Virus record (IMG/VR): IMGVR_UViG_3300017917_001839
Location: 32,001-96,000 of that record
Source of the DNA: a virus
DNA: 64,000 bases
Direction: 5' to 3' (one strand)
The position numbers and the translations under genes were made by a program. The notes under the pieces are model-generated. The model saw only the letters and a list, made by a program, of their open reading frames with translations, did no database searches and was not told the DNA's origin. Shown here one piece after another: positions 19,321-28,732 of this stretch. Each line of letters opens with the position of its first letter. The stretch's first letter is position 1.

Positions 19321-20604
19321 TTATCTAGTATTACCATAGTGTACTACACGCACACCTTCTAGATTAGGTGTCTTACGCCACGGGTCAACAACTACACTGC
19401 CCTGTGCAAATGACAATGCTGTACCATTTGCTGTGGCCACTGTTAGTGCTTCGTCAGCACCTGTAACACGATGGTCTTTGTACCAACCTGCAACAAAGTC
19501 TAACTGTTCACCGTAAGTGATTTGTGGGTTGTGTGCTAATAGATATACTGCTGGCTTAGACATCACATCAGCTGGCGGCATTTCGCCAATTACTTCATCT
19601 AAGTAATATAGTTGTGCGCCCATTTCAGCTACGTAGTGTCCTACCAGCATGCTGCTTGAACCTGCTTCATAAGGTACCAGTGGCTTGTAGGCTTTACCCA
19701 CAATAATCACGGGCTTGCCCTCAGACAGATCAACCAGCTTACGAGCCATGTTCTTTGCTTGTACTTCTCGCGAGTACATTACAGCATCAAACAAGTCATA
19801 GCCCAAGTCTAGTCGCTCAGCTAGGTAACGTAGTGCAATGTTATCGCGTGGATGACATGCACCGCCATCGCCCATACCAGGCTTCATATAACCAGGACCC
19901 ATAATGCGTCTGTCGCTGGCTGCTAGTGCATCGCAAACTACTTCAGCATTAACATGACCTAGCTTTTCAGCTACGTCCTGAATCATGTTTACTAGACTTA
20001 CTTTAGCACTGATGAATGTATTGTAGAATACTTTGATACACTCAGTTTCTTCCCAAGTACCAACAATGTAACGTGGGCTGTTCTGCATAATGGTCTTGTA
20101 GAAGTCTACAAGTTCTTTTGCATCACCAGTTTCGCTGCCATCTTCTGTACCAATCATAACCATTTCTGGGTTAACCATGTCCCACTTTACAGTACCCATC
20201 GCAATCAAGTATGGATTGTAAATGAAACGTGCATTAGTTATTAATGGTTGTAATTGGCTACGCACTGTGCCAGGTAGCACAGTTGAGATTAGAACAATTA
20301 ACTGAGATGGTGTTGCAACCGCATTTACTTCACGCAGAACATTCTTAACCACAGTGTAGTCGAAGTCCTTGTTGGGTAAATGGCTGGTTGGCGCCTTGCC
20401 ATCATATTGTGGATCATGTGGTGTTTCTACTGCGATAAACACAATATCTCTACCACGTACTGCTTCTGCGAGTGTGGGAACCATTTTAAAGTTCTCAGGC
20501 TCACGTGGAGCAATGTCGTATCCAACAACATCATGGACCTCAGCTACCATCTCGGCGCAGGCTTGTCCTAGCTTGCCCACTCCGATAAATCCGATCGAGG
20601 CCAT
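19321..20604 (-). CDS. UDP-glucose/GDP-mannose 6-dehydrogenase family
   Basis: GxGxxG (GVGKLG), STVLPGT, KVFYN, catalytic GGACHPRD; RBS AGGAG. Confidence 0.92.
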   Translation of the reverse strand: MASIGFIGVGKLGQACAEMVAEVHDVVGYDIAPREPENFKMVPTLAEAVRGRDIVFIAVETPHDPQYDGKAPTSHLPNKDFDYTVVKNVLREVNAVATPSQLIVLISTVLPGTVRSQLQPLITNARFIYNPYLIAMGTVKWDMVNPEMVMIGTEDGSETGDAKELVDFYKTIMQNSPRYIVGTWEETECIKVFYNTFISAKVSLVNMIQDVAEKLGHVNAEVVCDALAASDRRIMGPGYMKPGMGDGGACHPRDNIALRYLAERLDLGYDLFDAVMYSREVQAKNMARKLVDLSEGKPVIIVGKAYKPLVPYEAGSSSMLVGHYVAEMGAQLYYLDEVIGEMPPADVMSKPAVYLLAHNPQITYGEQLDFVAGWYKDHRVTGADEALTVATANGTALSFAQGSVVVDPWRKTPNLEGVRVVHYGNTR

Positions 20605-20647
20605 TTGTTTCTCCTAATTTTTTAAGTACAGTTTTAACTGTACGCAA

Positions 20648-20655
20648 TATTTATC
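20648..20655 (-). promoter_or_regulatory. Putative T4-type late promoter GATAAATA
   Basis: Intergenic, upstream of the dehydrogenase; the same element recurs before structural genes. Confidence 0.6.
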
Positions 20656-20672
20656 AGGGGATTTTACAGTAC

Positions 20673-21407
20673 TTAGAGTTTTTTGACGCCGTGGTCTGGA
20701 AACAATCTATTGAATATATCAATATCCTGGTTAACATAATCTATGATGTTTAGCCTGTTAGCATATGTTTCACTGTTAACTAATGCTGTTTTGATTAATT
20801 CTATTTCAGCTGGGTTTGACACATTTTGTCTAGAGCCCGGTGTTAGTCCTAGTTGTGTAATTAAAGTATCCAAGTTGTTGGATAGTATTGGTGTTGCACC
20901 GTAATTTTCAACTAAATGTTCTACTTCGTGTAACCAGTTTCTTGTGTGATAATTATAGTGTATTGCGTAACTACTGGGCAAATTCTTATCTGTTTTATAT
21001 TCGCTGAGATAGAATATTCTATTAATATGCTGTTGCAGGTGATCTGGATTAGTCATTAAATGCTGCCATACACCGCGGAAATATTCTGTGTCGCCTAAGG
21101 CACTTATTGAATCTTGTAATATTTCTTTAATGCCGCTTACATAACGTTCCCACGGATCGCGTACAATACAGTAAAATTCGTCAGCTATACCTGCAACGTA
21201 TTGAGCTGCGCTATACTGATCAACAAAGCGGCTGATTCGATTTTTGTATAAATTGTCATAATAGTCGGCAGCTAGTTCAAACATAAAGTCTGCACTGTAT
21301 TCTCCCACGCCCCGCCATGCGGGTGTTATAGTATTGAGCAAACTGGTGCTGCCAGTTTTACCCACACTATATACTGCACACTTAAGATCGTCTTTGACGA
21401 CTAGCAT
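20673..21407 (-). CDS. Sulfotransferase-like protein
   Basis: 5'-PSB-like KTGSTS and 3'-PB-like RDPWERYVSG. Confidence 0.6.
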   Translation of the reverse strand: MLVVKDDLKCAVYSVGKTGSTSLLNTITPAWRGVGEYSADFMFELAADYYDNLYKNRISRFVDQYSAAQYVAGIADEFYCIVRDPWERYVSGIKEILQDSISALGDTEYFRGVWQHLMTNPDHLQQHINRIFYLSEYKTDKNLPSSYAIHYNYHTRNWLHEVEHLVENYGATPILSNNLDTLITQLGLTPGSRQNVSNPAEIELIKTALVNSETYANRLNIIDYVNQDIDIFNRLFPDHGVKKL

Positions 21408-22074
21408 ACTTTAACCTATTGTAAATTACGTATTCGGGTTTTAGGTGATCTACAATTTCATTGTAGCACAGTAGGCTGGGCAATACTTCTTTGGCAAAGC
21501 GGCGATTTAAGTTACTCACTGATATGCCCAATCGAACTACGTAGTCCATGTCGGATGTTTTGTTATATGTTGTTACATTCTCATATCCGGCGCTGGCTAA
21601 GAAGTTATTTAAATCTTCCATCAACACATATTGAACTTTGGTATCGCCTAGGCGATCAAATACTGACAACCAATTACCGCAGTGTGCAGTATAGCCCATG
21701 GTAGCATGCCCCCAGTTTGGATTAGATCCGCCCTGTGTTTCAAAGTATATCTCTGTGGCACGTTTCCAGAAATCATTGCTTTGCGCAAGACTTTCCAGTT
21801 TAGTATTATTAATAAGAAAGAAGTCTGTATACAATTTTAGTGTGCGCTTGATTTCTTCTAATAACCCACTAGCATATCTATCCATGGGATCGCGTAAAAT
21901 ACCTACTACAGTTTTATCGCTGTGCTGTGCAATTAGTTTGGGTAACTCTTTATCTGTAGCAAATAATTCATTGCCTACACCAGCTAATTCAATCAGCGTG
22001 GATGACGCATTTTTATTAACTGTAATTATTAGATATTTACCCAAAGGTATACAAATTACTCTGATATCATCCAT
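21382..22074 (-). CDS. Sulfotransferase-like protein
   Basis: KNASST and RDPMDRYASG; apparent paralog of the neighbour. Confidence 0.6.
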   Translation of the reverse strand: MDDIRVICIPLGKYLIITVNKNASSTLIELAGVGNELFATDKELPKLIAQHSDKTVVGILRDPMDRYASGLLEEIKRTLKLYTDFFLINNTKLESLAQSNDFWKRATEIYFETQGGSNPNWGHATMGYTAHCGNWLSVFDRLGDTKVQYVLMEDLNNFLASAGYENVTTYNKTSDMDYVVRLGISVSNLNRRFAKEVLPSLLCYNEIVDHLKPEYVIYNRLKYASRQRRS

Positions 22075-23164
22075 TGTATAACTCCGGAAATATTTGTTTG
22101 CTGTTCATGTTATATTTTTGATCCATGATAGATAGAAATTGTTCTAGTGTTTGATTACTGTTATGCGGTGTATTTAATACACCCTTTATAGTACTATATA
22201 CCTGATCACTGAATATACCATTGGTATAATAATGCTCAATGTTTTGCTGTACTTCATCGAGTATGTGCGGTACATTTCTAATATCTAGTGCATGGTGCGC
22301 TACTGGATCTATTAGTATATTGTCAACATTTAAATCTTTTAATGCATTATAAGAACGATCAAAGTCTTTGTAACTCAGAGAAAAGTAAACCATGTGTGCA
22401 TGCACGGTATGCCCTGGAAGTGATCTTACTACAGATAAATTATTAACAAAGTTGTCCCACGTATTGCCATGTCTTATATAAGCAAACTTATCTGGATTTG
22501 TAGTATCAACACTAACCACCCATGTAACATTTTCTAGTTGCTTTAGTAATGCAAACACCGGTGTGTTAATTACACTTAAACCTGTGTTTACAGTAATTGC
22601 ACACTTAGGATTTTCCAATAATACGTTACTGAGCAGTGTAATATATTCTTTCATTAGCATTGGTTCACCGCCAGCTAAAAACAACCTACGAATATTAGAT
22701 AAATCAATATTATCAATATACTGTTGATACTGTCTTTGGTTTTCTGCTGTAGGAATTAATCTATAATGATTATCTCTTTTAGCAATAGTAGAACTCCATA
22801 TAGGACCGCAGTACACACAATCTAATGTGCATAAGTTGCTGGATCTTATATCAGCAGCATGCAATGTAATGTGATCTAACTCTTGTTTAACAAAGATGTC
22901 TAAGCGTTCCGATTTAGTTAAATCGTTGATGATGTCGCCAGTCCTAAAACCGCAAGCAGATTTACAGCGTAAGGGTATAACACCATCTAAGAAGCCCTGT
23001 CGTACTTCACGTGCGGCTTCACTGTTTAATATATCTGTTAAAGATCGTTCTCGCAGATTACCCAGTGTGTTTTCAGGGTTGGCCATTAAACAGCAAAAGA
23101 ATACATCTAATTGCTGATTAATGTGTACGCCTGACCAAGGTAAGCTGCAAAAAGGTTTAGCCAT
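22067..23164 (-). CDS. Radical SAM enzyme with N-terminal twitch domain (6 of 9)
   Basis: CSLPW..FCC..CKSAC; CTLDCVYC; GGEP. Confidence 0.88.
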   Translation of the reverse strand: MAKPFCSLPWSGVHINQQLDVFFCCLMANPENTLGNLRERSLTDILNSEAAREVRQGFLDGVIPLRCKSACGFRTGDIINDLTKSERLDIFVKQELDHITLHAADIRSSNLCTLDCVYCGPIWSSTIAKRDNHYRLIPTAENQRQYQQYIDNIDLSNIRRLFLAGGEPMLMKEYITLLSNVLLENPKCAITVNTGLSVINTPVFALLKQLENVTWVVSVDTTNPDKFAYIRHGNTWDNFVNNLSVVRSLPGHTVHAHMVYFSLSYKDFDRSYNALKDLNVDNILIDPVAHHALDIRNVPHILDEVQQNIEHYYTNGIFSDQVYSTIKGVLNTPHNSNQTLEQFLSIMDQKYNMNSKQIFPELYNG

Positions 23165-24569
23165 GTTGATTGTGCTTGGGATCTAGTCTCATCCACCATT
23201 CGTGTAATTCTGGGTCTGCACTATAGATATGTTCAATACGTGTGCTGCCTTCTCCACTGCGAATATCAGCAATCTTATCCTGCCAGTTGCGACCTTTGAA
23301 GAAGCTGGCTTCAGCTACATCTGGCCACTGTTCTTGGAACGTGGGTGTTACTAGCATATTCTCTAATTCACGAATTAATGTTTGTTGTTTGTGTGTGGCA
23401 CGTGGGCGAATATATTCTAAATTATCGTTGATAATTCTATTTAAAATATGACGTGGCCAAGCCATAGGACTAAACACAATGTCTGGATGGAATGCAAACA
23501 TACGCTTGGTTTCAATCTTAACATCTAACTCTAGTGCATAGTCAAAGAAGTTCTTAAGGTCAAACATGCCCGGGCCTGTTAGCGTTAAGTCCATTAGCAT
23601 ACGATCCTTGCCGCCGGGTAATGCTACACCTTCACGGAAGTTGCGATCCCACTGATCCCATTTAAGACCTGTGCGAATAAACTCTCCAATTTTACCTGTG
23701 CCATCAATACTAGCGCACATAGTCCAGTCTTTGGCTTGTGGTAGCCAATCGTATAAGTAATGTTCGCCAAAACGCACACGACTTAGGTTACTGTTATAAC
23801 GTAGGTGTACTTTGCGTAAATTGTTATCCTGTGCTAATCTATCCATAGCACGCCAGTGGATATCATACATCAGTGGCTCACCGCCTACCCAATATATTTC
23901 CTCTACTACACCGCTACAGATAGCAGCCCAGAACTCTTCTTCTACAACTTCTTTTTGGAATCGCTCAATGATAGCCTTATTCTCCGGGACCATAAAGGGT
24001 TGGTTTTCTGGGCTCCAGAGTCCGTGCTTGCGCTTTTCGCTTTCCCAGCTTGAGCTGAGTGGTTCTCCGCACATTCTACATTTAAAGTTGCATAGATTAC
24101 TGACCCTATAGTCAAAGCTAATAGGAGGCATAGCAGTATAACCATCATCATCGGTCTCCTCAAAGGCTTGTTCAATTTTATCTTTAAACAAGAACCCTGT
24201 AAACCACTGGCGGTATGTACTTTGACTTAAAATACTGTCATTGCATACTGCACACTGTGGAATAGTTTCTCCAGCCATCAGCTTCTTGCGAATGTCCTTC
24301 ATATAAGGACTGTTCCAATGTTCTGCTAGGCTAACTGGCTTATAGTCATCAATGGTGCCTACTTCTTTGTACTTGCCTGTGCTTTTATCGTTGCTGGCAT
24401 CAATATACTGACGCTGCATCATATGTTCTTCGCGGCTAGCACAACACATTCTGCGTTCGCTTTGTGGACTAATATAGGTGTGCGTCCAGGGTGCCATGCA
24501 GAATGTTTTGTTAGGCGATTCCGGGCTCATTTGTCCGTGTTCCCAAATTGGTTTAATTCTCTGTGTCAT
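23157..24569 (-). CDS. Radical SAM enzyme with N-terminal twitch domain (7 of 9)
   Basis: CMAPW..MCC..CAVC; CNFKCRMC; GGEP. Confidence 0.9.
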   Translation of the reverse strand: MTQRIKPIWEHGQMSPESPNKTFCMAPWTHTYISPQSERRMCCASREEHMMQRQYIDASNDKSTGKYKEVGTIDDYKPVSLAEHWNSPYMKDIRKKLMAGETIPQCAVCNDSILSQSTYRQWFTGFLFKDKIEQAFEETDDDGYTAMPPISFDYRVSNLCNFKCRMCGEPLSSSWESEKRKHGLWSPENQPFMVPENKAIIERFQKEVVEEEFWAAICSGVVEEIYWVGGEPLMYDIHWRAMDRLAQDNNLRKVHLRYNSNLSRVRFGEHYLYDWLPQAKDWTMCASIDGTGKIGEFIRTGLKWDQWDRNFREGVALPGGKDRMLMDLTLTGPGMFDLKNFFDYALELDVKIETKRMFAFHPDIVFSPMAWPRHILNRIINDNLEYIRPRATHKQQTLIRELENMLVTPTFQEQWPDVAEASFFKGRNWQDKIADIRSGEGSTRIEHIYSADPELHEWWMRLDPKHNQHG

Positions 24570-24787
24570 AATTTGTATATATCTATTACACCATAGTGGT
24601 CCATCATTGCCACTGTTATTTTATGTCGTTTAATTACTGCAAATACCAAATCAATCATTACGTGGCTATTACCGCAGATAATCTTTAATGGTAGCAGGTC
24701 TTGATTCATAAAGATAAAGTTTTCTACTAAACGATCTACTTCATGATGTCTTACACCGTGTAGGTCCAGCGTTGTGTTTTTACCCAT
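24566..24787 (-). CDS. Stand-alone Smr-domain-like protein, 73 aa
   Basis: TLDLHG and IICGNS motifs. Confidence 0.6.
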   Translation of the reverse strand: MGKNTTLDLHGVRHHEVDRLVENFIFMNQDLLPLKIICGNSHVMIDLVFAVIKRHKITVAMMDHYGVIDIYKL

Positions 24788-25517
24788 TTGCTACCTCTAA
24801 TATTTCTAAATTTTTAAAGTAATCGTAGAACTGCTCAGGTGTTAGTATTGCAGGATTATCGCTGTCCTCATCGCCTAAGTATTTTTCAATAAAGTCAACA
24901 CCTTTATATGCTACTGCTACACTAGGAAATACTCCAGCATCTCTGCTTTCGTATCCAACTGTATATTTTTGTTTTTGTAAATTATCAATAGTAGATAGTG
25001 CCAGATCTTCTGTGCTGGGAGGAAATGCATCTGTGGTATAGTATACAGTTACTTTAGCTTTGTTTGCGTATAGCACATCTACTTCTTCTAAATGACGATG
25101 ACTATAAATTACTTCTGGGAAGTTGTCTTTACAGTAACGTGTAAGTTCGTAGATATTAAATGCACCATAATGCAGTTTTACTGTTTTAGCATCACAGTGT
25201 TCTTTAACAAACTCTGCGGATTGGCTGTCGGTGATGCTCCAAATAATAGGAATACCTATACGTTTTGCAAGCGATGTAATATGTTCAGCTGATTCAGCAT
25301 CTAGCTCACTGCGCTTGGCAACTTCTAGATAAGGTAAATGTCCCCAACGGCTAGGAATAGATACGTACTTCTTTTCGTGGGGTATAAGCAAACTAGGCGT
25401 GCTTTTAGTAATTACAACCGCGTCAGCATTACACTGCGCGGCTGCAATCAATCGTGCTTCTAGAACACTAACTTTATTTTCGTGTCCTATGCCTATGTTA
25501 GCATATAATTTAGCCAT
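24780..25517 (-). CDS. NeuB/N-acetylneuraminate synthase-like TIM-barrel protein, degenerate active site
   Basis: NIGIGH, ADAV, GYES, IEKY, ILTP map onto NeuB blocks EIGxNH, ADAVK, GYSDH, IEKH. Confidence 0.65.
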   Translation of the reverse strand: MAKLYANIGIGHENKVSVLEARLIAAAQCNADAVVITKSTPSLLIPHEKKYVSIPSRWGHLPYLEVAKRSELDAESAEHITSLAKRIGIPIIWSITDSQSAEFVKEHCDAKTVKLHYGAFNIYELTRYCKDNFPEVIYSHRHLEEVDVLYANKAKVTVYYTTDAFPPSTEDLALSTIDNLQKQKYTVGYESRDAGVFPSVAVAYKGVDFIEKYLGDEDSDNPAILTPEQFYDYFKNLEILEVANG

Positions 25518-27186
25518 TGCCCTCTACGCCGCCAAGACCATCCGTCTCAGTATCCCAACCAATGCTGCTACCGCCAATCTTCTTTAGCAGTTCAGCACGA
25601 GCTTCTGGGTCTAGCGGATTATCATACCAATCGGCGCTTTCTCCTGTCTTGCGTTCACGTAAACGTACTTCTTCTACAATCACTTCGCCATCTTCACTAA
25701 CTGTGCGATGTGCATATACACCACCATTCTTAGCAATAGTCTTAGGCTGTTGAATATCCTGTTCTTTCTTTTCCAGCGGGAATACTTTGATGCTGTCGTA
25801 AAACTCTACAAAGTTAGGGAAAGTCTTACGGAAGTCTTTGCCGCGACGTGCGTCATACTGCTCGTAGAATACCTTAAAGTCATGCTCTAGTAGCTCACGG
25901 TCCGCAGTATTACGGTGTGGAGTCTTAACAACGTCTAGGTATTCAATTAGACGACTTACCTGATCCTGTTCCCATGGCTGTACAAGCTGTAGTCCATTTG
26001 CGTCGCGCTCGTCGCGCTCACGTACTTCCTTGAGCCAGTTATAGATCTGGTCGTGATACTTTTTACGTAGCTCGTCGGGTAGTGTTAGTGGACTTTGGAA
26101 GCTAGGGAAGCGTAGAATGTTGCAGGTAAAGCCTGGACGATTGTGTCCATACTTGCGCTTCATTTCCAACATCCAATTAAAGAAGTCTACAATAGTATCC
26201 AAGCATAGCGCATTAATAGTCATCATCATGTGCAAGCCTTCAATACGTGCTTCGCTACAAATACGCTCAAAGTTATGTGTCCACTCATCCCACTTTAGTC
26301 CGTCGCGAATATATTCTGCTTGTGGGCCATATGCTTCGCAACTGGTGTACAAGTGGAAACGTGGAATGTGCTGTGTACCATTAATTAGTTTGTCAATAAG
26401 TTCTTTCTTAGAACCTAAGTTACTGTTAATAGCAAGACGCATCTTCTCTGCTTGTGGTGTACCGGCATTTTCCTTGAACCAATCAAACAACTTGTAGATG
26501 TCTGGAGTCATTGTGGGCTCACCACCAGTGACACGAATCTCTTCTAGCTCTTGGCTAAGTGTAGGCCACCAACGCCAAAACGCATCTACATATGGATTGA
26601 ACTCATCGCGATCAAATGGCTCAGCATAAGGAGCATCATCAATAAAGTGTCCACGTGCGTCACTGCGGATATTATGATAGCCGCCGTTGTTGCGGATATC
26701 CTTTACCCATGTAGTACTGAATGCAGGGTTACAGTAGCTACATGCAAACTGACAGGTACGGTTGAACGAAATTTCTAGAGTCTTAAGATTAACATCTGCG
26801 TCTGGATTTAGTTTAGCAATCTTCATCAAGTCCTCATCTTCATAGATAACAGTCTTGTATGTACGATCACTTACAGGCTCGTTGCCGTCAGCATCTTTGC
26901 CCATGTCCTCAATCTTCCAGCAGTATTCACATTCTTTAGGACGCTTGCCTTCCTGCATCATCTGACGCATTTTCTTTTTGTGCTTGGTGTTGTGAATAGC
27001 ACTGGGATTTTCTTTGATTTCTTCTAAATCAATTTGGTGTGCGGGAGGGTGATGGCAACTAGTAGTACCGCCATGCCCTAGCCAAATAGTAGCATTAAGC
27101 CACTTAGCCGCACAGAATGATTCGCTGACGCTGTCAATCATTCTCTTCTTAAACTCTCTGTGGCTTTCGCCCTGCTTACGTCCCAT
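25510..27186 (-). CDS. Radical SAM enzyme with N-terminal twitch-like domain, CHH subtype (8 of 9)
   Basis: CAAKW..SCHHP..CEYC; CQFACSYC; GGEP. Confidence 0.9.
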   Translation of the reverse strand: MGRKQGESHREFKKRMIDSVSESFCAAKWLNATIWLGHGGTTSCHHPPAHQIDLEEIKENPSAIHNTKHKKKMRQMMQEGKRPKECEYCWKIEDMGKDADGNEPVSDRTYKTVIYEDEDLMKIAKLNPDADVNLKTLEISFNRTCQFACSYCNPAFSTTWVKDIRNNGGYHNIRSDARGHFIDDAPYAEPFDRDEFNPYVDAFWRWWPTLSQELEEIRVTGGEPTMTPDIYKLFDWFKENAGTPQAEKMRLAINSNLGSKKELIDKLINGTQHIPRFHLYTSCEAYGPQAEYIRDGLKWDEWTHNFERICSEARIEGLHMMMTINALCLDTIVDFFNWMLEMKRKYGHNRPGFTCNILRFPSFQSPLTLPDELRKKYHDQIYNWLKEVRERDERDANGLQLVQPWEQDQVSRLIEYLDVVKTPHRNTADRELLEHDFKVFYEQYDARRGKDFRKTFPNFVEFYDSIKVFPLEKKEQDIQQPKTIAKNGGVYAHRTVSEDGEVIVEEVRLRERKTGESADWYDNPLDPEARAELLKKIGGSSIGWDTETDGLGGVEGNG

Positions 27187-27196
27187 TGTGTGTCCT

Positions 27197-28732
27197 CTAG
27201 ATCATTGCATGTGCTTCTTGGCAAATCTGCCACCAGTCATCCATTTCTGGAAACACTGATAAAAAGTCTGTGCCTCTACGCTCATCGTGTTGCGTAAAGA
27301 ACTTGTAAAAATTTGCTCGCGCTTTTAATACTTCTTCTTCACTTAACTTACTGCCCGCTTTCATCCATTCTAGATTACGACGAGCTTTATCAATTTCAAA
27401 ATCCTTAAAGCCTCTATAGTCGATGTACTGCTCGTTGGCAGCATTAAGTTCCATAAAAGCAATTGCTTCTTCTAAATAGTCCTGGTACCATTCTGGCATT
27501 ACTTGTATGCACTGCCAGTGTGGCGCTCGCAATAACGGAATGTCAAACCAAATACGTTGCTTAGGACGTATTTCATAGTCTGGGTGTTTGTGTCCACCAT
27601 TATCCGGTACTGGTATATATTTAATGCCTTGGCGATCTTTAGCAAACTCTTCGCGGAGCTCTAAAATAAACTGTAACCATTCACGGAAGCTGGTTAAGCT
27701 AAGTGCATTAAATGTATTAATAAATGTTATAGTAGTGTTGTCTGTTTCACGTAGAATACGTAACACATTCTTCTTTAGTACTTCAAAGTCCATGCCATTG
27801 CGCATATACTCTGCTTGCTTACCATAACCATCACAGCTAACGAACACAGCAAAGTTCTTACAAGCTGGTGCTACATACCAGTTGTTCCCACTGTTTGGAT
27901 TAAACTTTTGTGGGTCCTCCCAAATTTGAATCTGTTCTAGTCTCTGTAGCGATTCAATAAACCGGTCCATTAGCTGTGGCTTCGGTGGACACATATTTGA
28001 TGTAACACTCATTTCTAGCCATGCGTTAGGATTTGCATAAACATAGTCTAGTACTTTAAAAGTGTTAATGTCCATAAGTGGCTCGCCGCCAGTCATACGG
28101 AACACTTCTAGGTTCTTGTACAGCTCGGGCCACCACTTCCAAAATGCTTCTACATAAGGATTTTCATCCTGTGCCACACGCAAAGGCATTAGGCCTGCGC
28201 GAGCCAAACTTTCTGTGTTGTTGTGTTCCCCACCTACAATCTGGTAAGGACCAAAATCTTTTACTTCTTGGTGCCAGCTTGTGCTTAGGTGAGGACTGCA
28301 ATAACTGCATTTAAAGTTACAGGCTTGATTGAAGTTAACTTCTACATAACGAGGGTTAATGTTACCCTGCCATCCGGCTGCTTTAATATCTTCCTTAGCG
28401 TTTTGTGCCCAGTATTCACCACTGCGGTAAACACGGTCGCTGCGACCGCCTACATCCTCGATGCGCCAGCAATAGCTACAACCAGCTGGGCGTTTACCTT
28501 CCAACATCTCTCTGCGCTGTTCTTTTTTCTCAGACGTATTGTGTAGTGCGCTAGGATTGGCTTTTAGTTCTTCTAGGTCAATTTTATGTGTTGGTGGATG
28601 ATAGCAACTGTGCGTCATACCGTTAGTAAGATGCATAGATACCTGCGCCCACTTTGCATAACACATAGTTGGGCTAATAACATCTAGCTCTTGCTGTGCC
28701 GCATCTGCGGCTTGTTCGTATATGCTAGTCAT
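27197..28732 (-). CDS. Radical SAM enzyme with N-terminal twitch-like domain, CYH subtype (9 of 9)
   Basis: CYAKW..SCYHP..CSYC; CNFKCSYC; GGEP. Confidence 0.9.
   Translation of the reverse strand: MTSIYEQAADAAQQELDVISPTMCYAKWAQVSMHLTNGMTHSCYHPPTHKIDLEELKANPSALHNTSEKKEQRREMLEGKRPAGCSYCWRIEDVGGRSDRVYRSGEYWAQNAKEDIKAAGWQGNINPRYVEVNFNQACNFKCSYCSPHLSTSWHQEVKDFGPYQIVGGEHNNTESLARAGLMPLRVAQDENPYVEAFWKWWPELYKNLEVFRMTGGEPLMDINTFKVLDYVYANPNAWLEMSVTSNMCPPKPQLMDRFIESLQRLEQIQIWEDPQKFNPNSGNNWYVAPACKNFAVFVSCDGYGKQAEYMRNGMDFEVLKKNVLRILRETDNTTITFINTFNALSLTSFREWLQFILELREEFAKDRQGIKYIPVPDNGGHKHPDYEIRPKQRIWFDIPLLRAPHWQCIQVMPEWYQDYLEEAIAFMELNAANEQYIDYRGFKDFEIDKARRNLEWMKAGSKLSEEEVLKARANFYKFFTQHDERRGTDFLSVFPEMDDWWQICQEAHAMI

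Noticed and set aside
11991-28732. Assigning the radical SAM genes to MoaA, PqqE, NirJ, QueE or anSME
   Set aside because: The auxiliary Fe-S domain is N-terminal and no partner pathway genes are present, so a specific gene symbol is unsupported.
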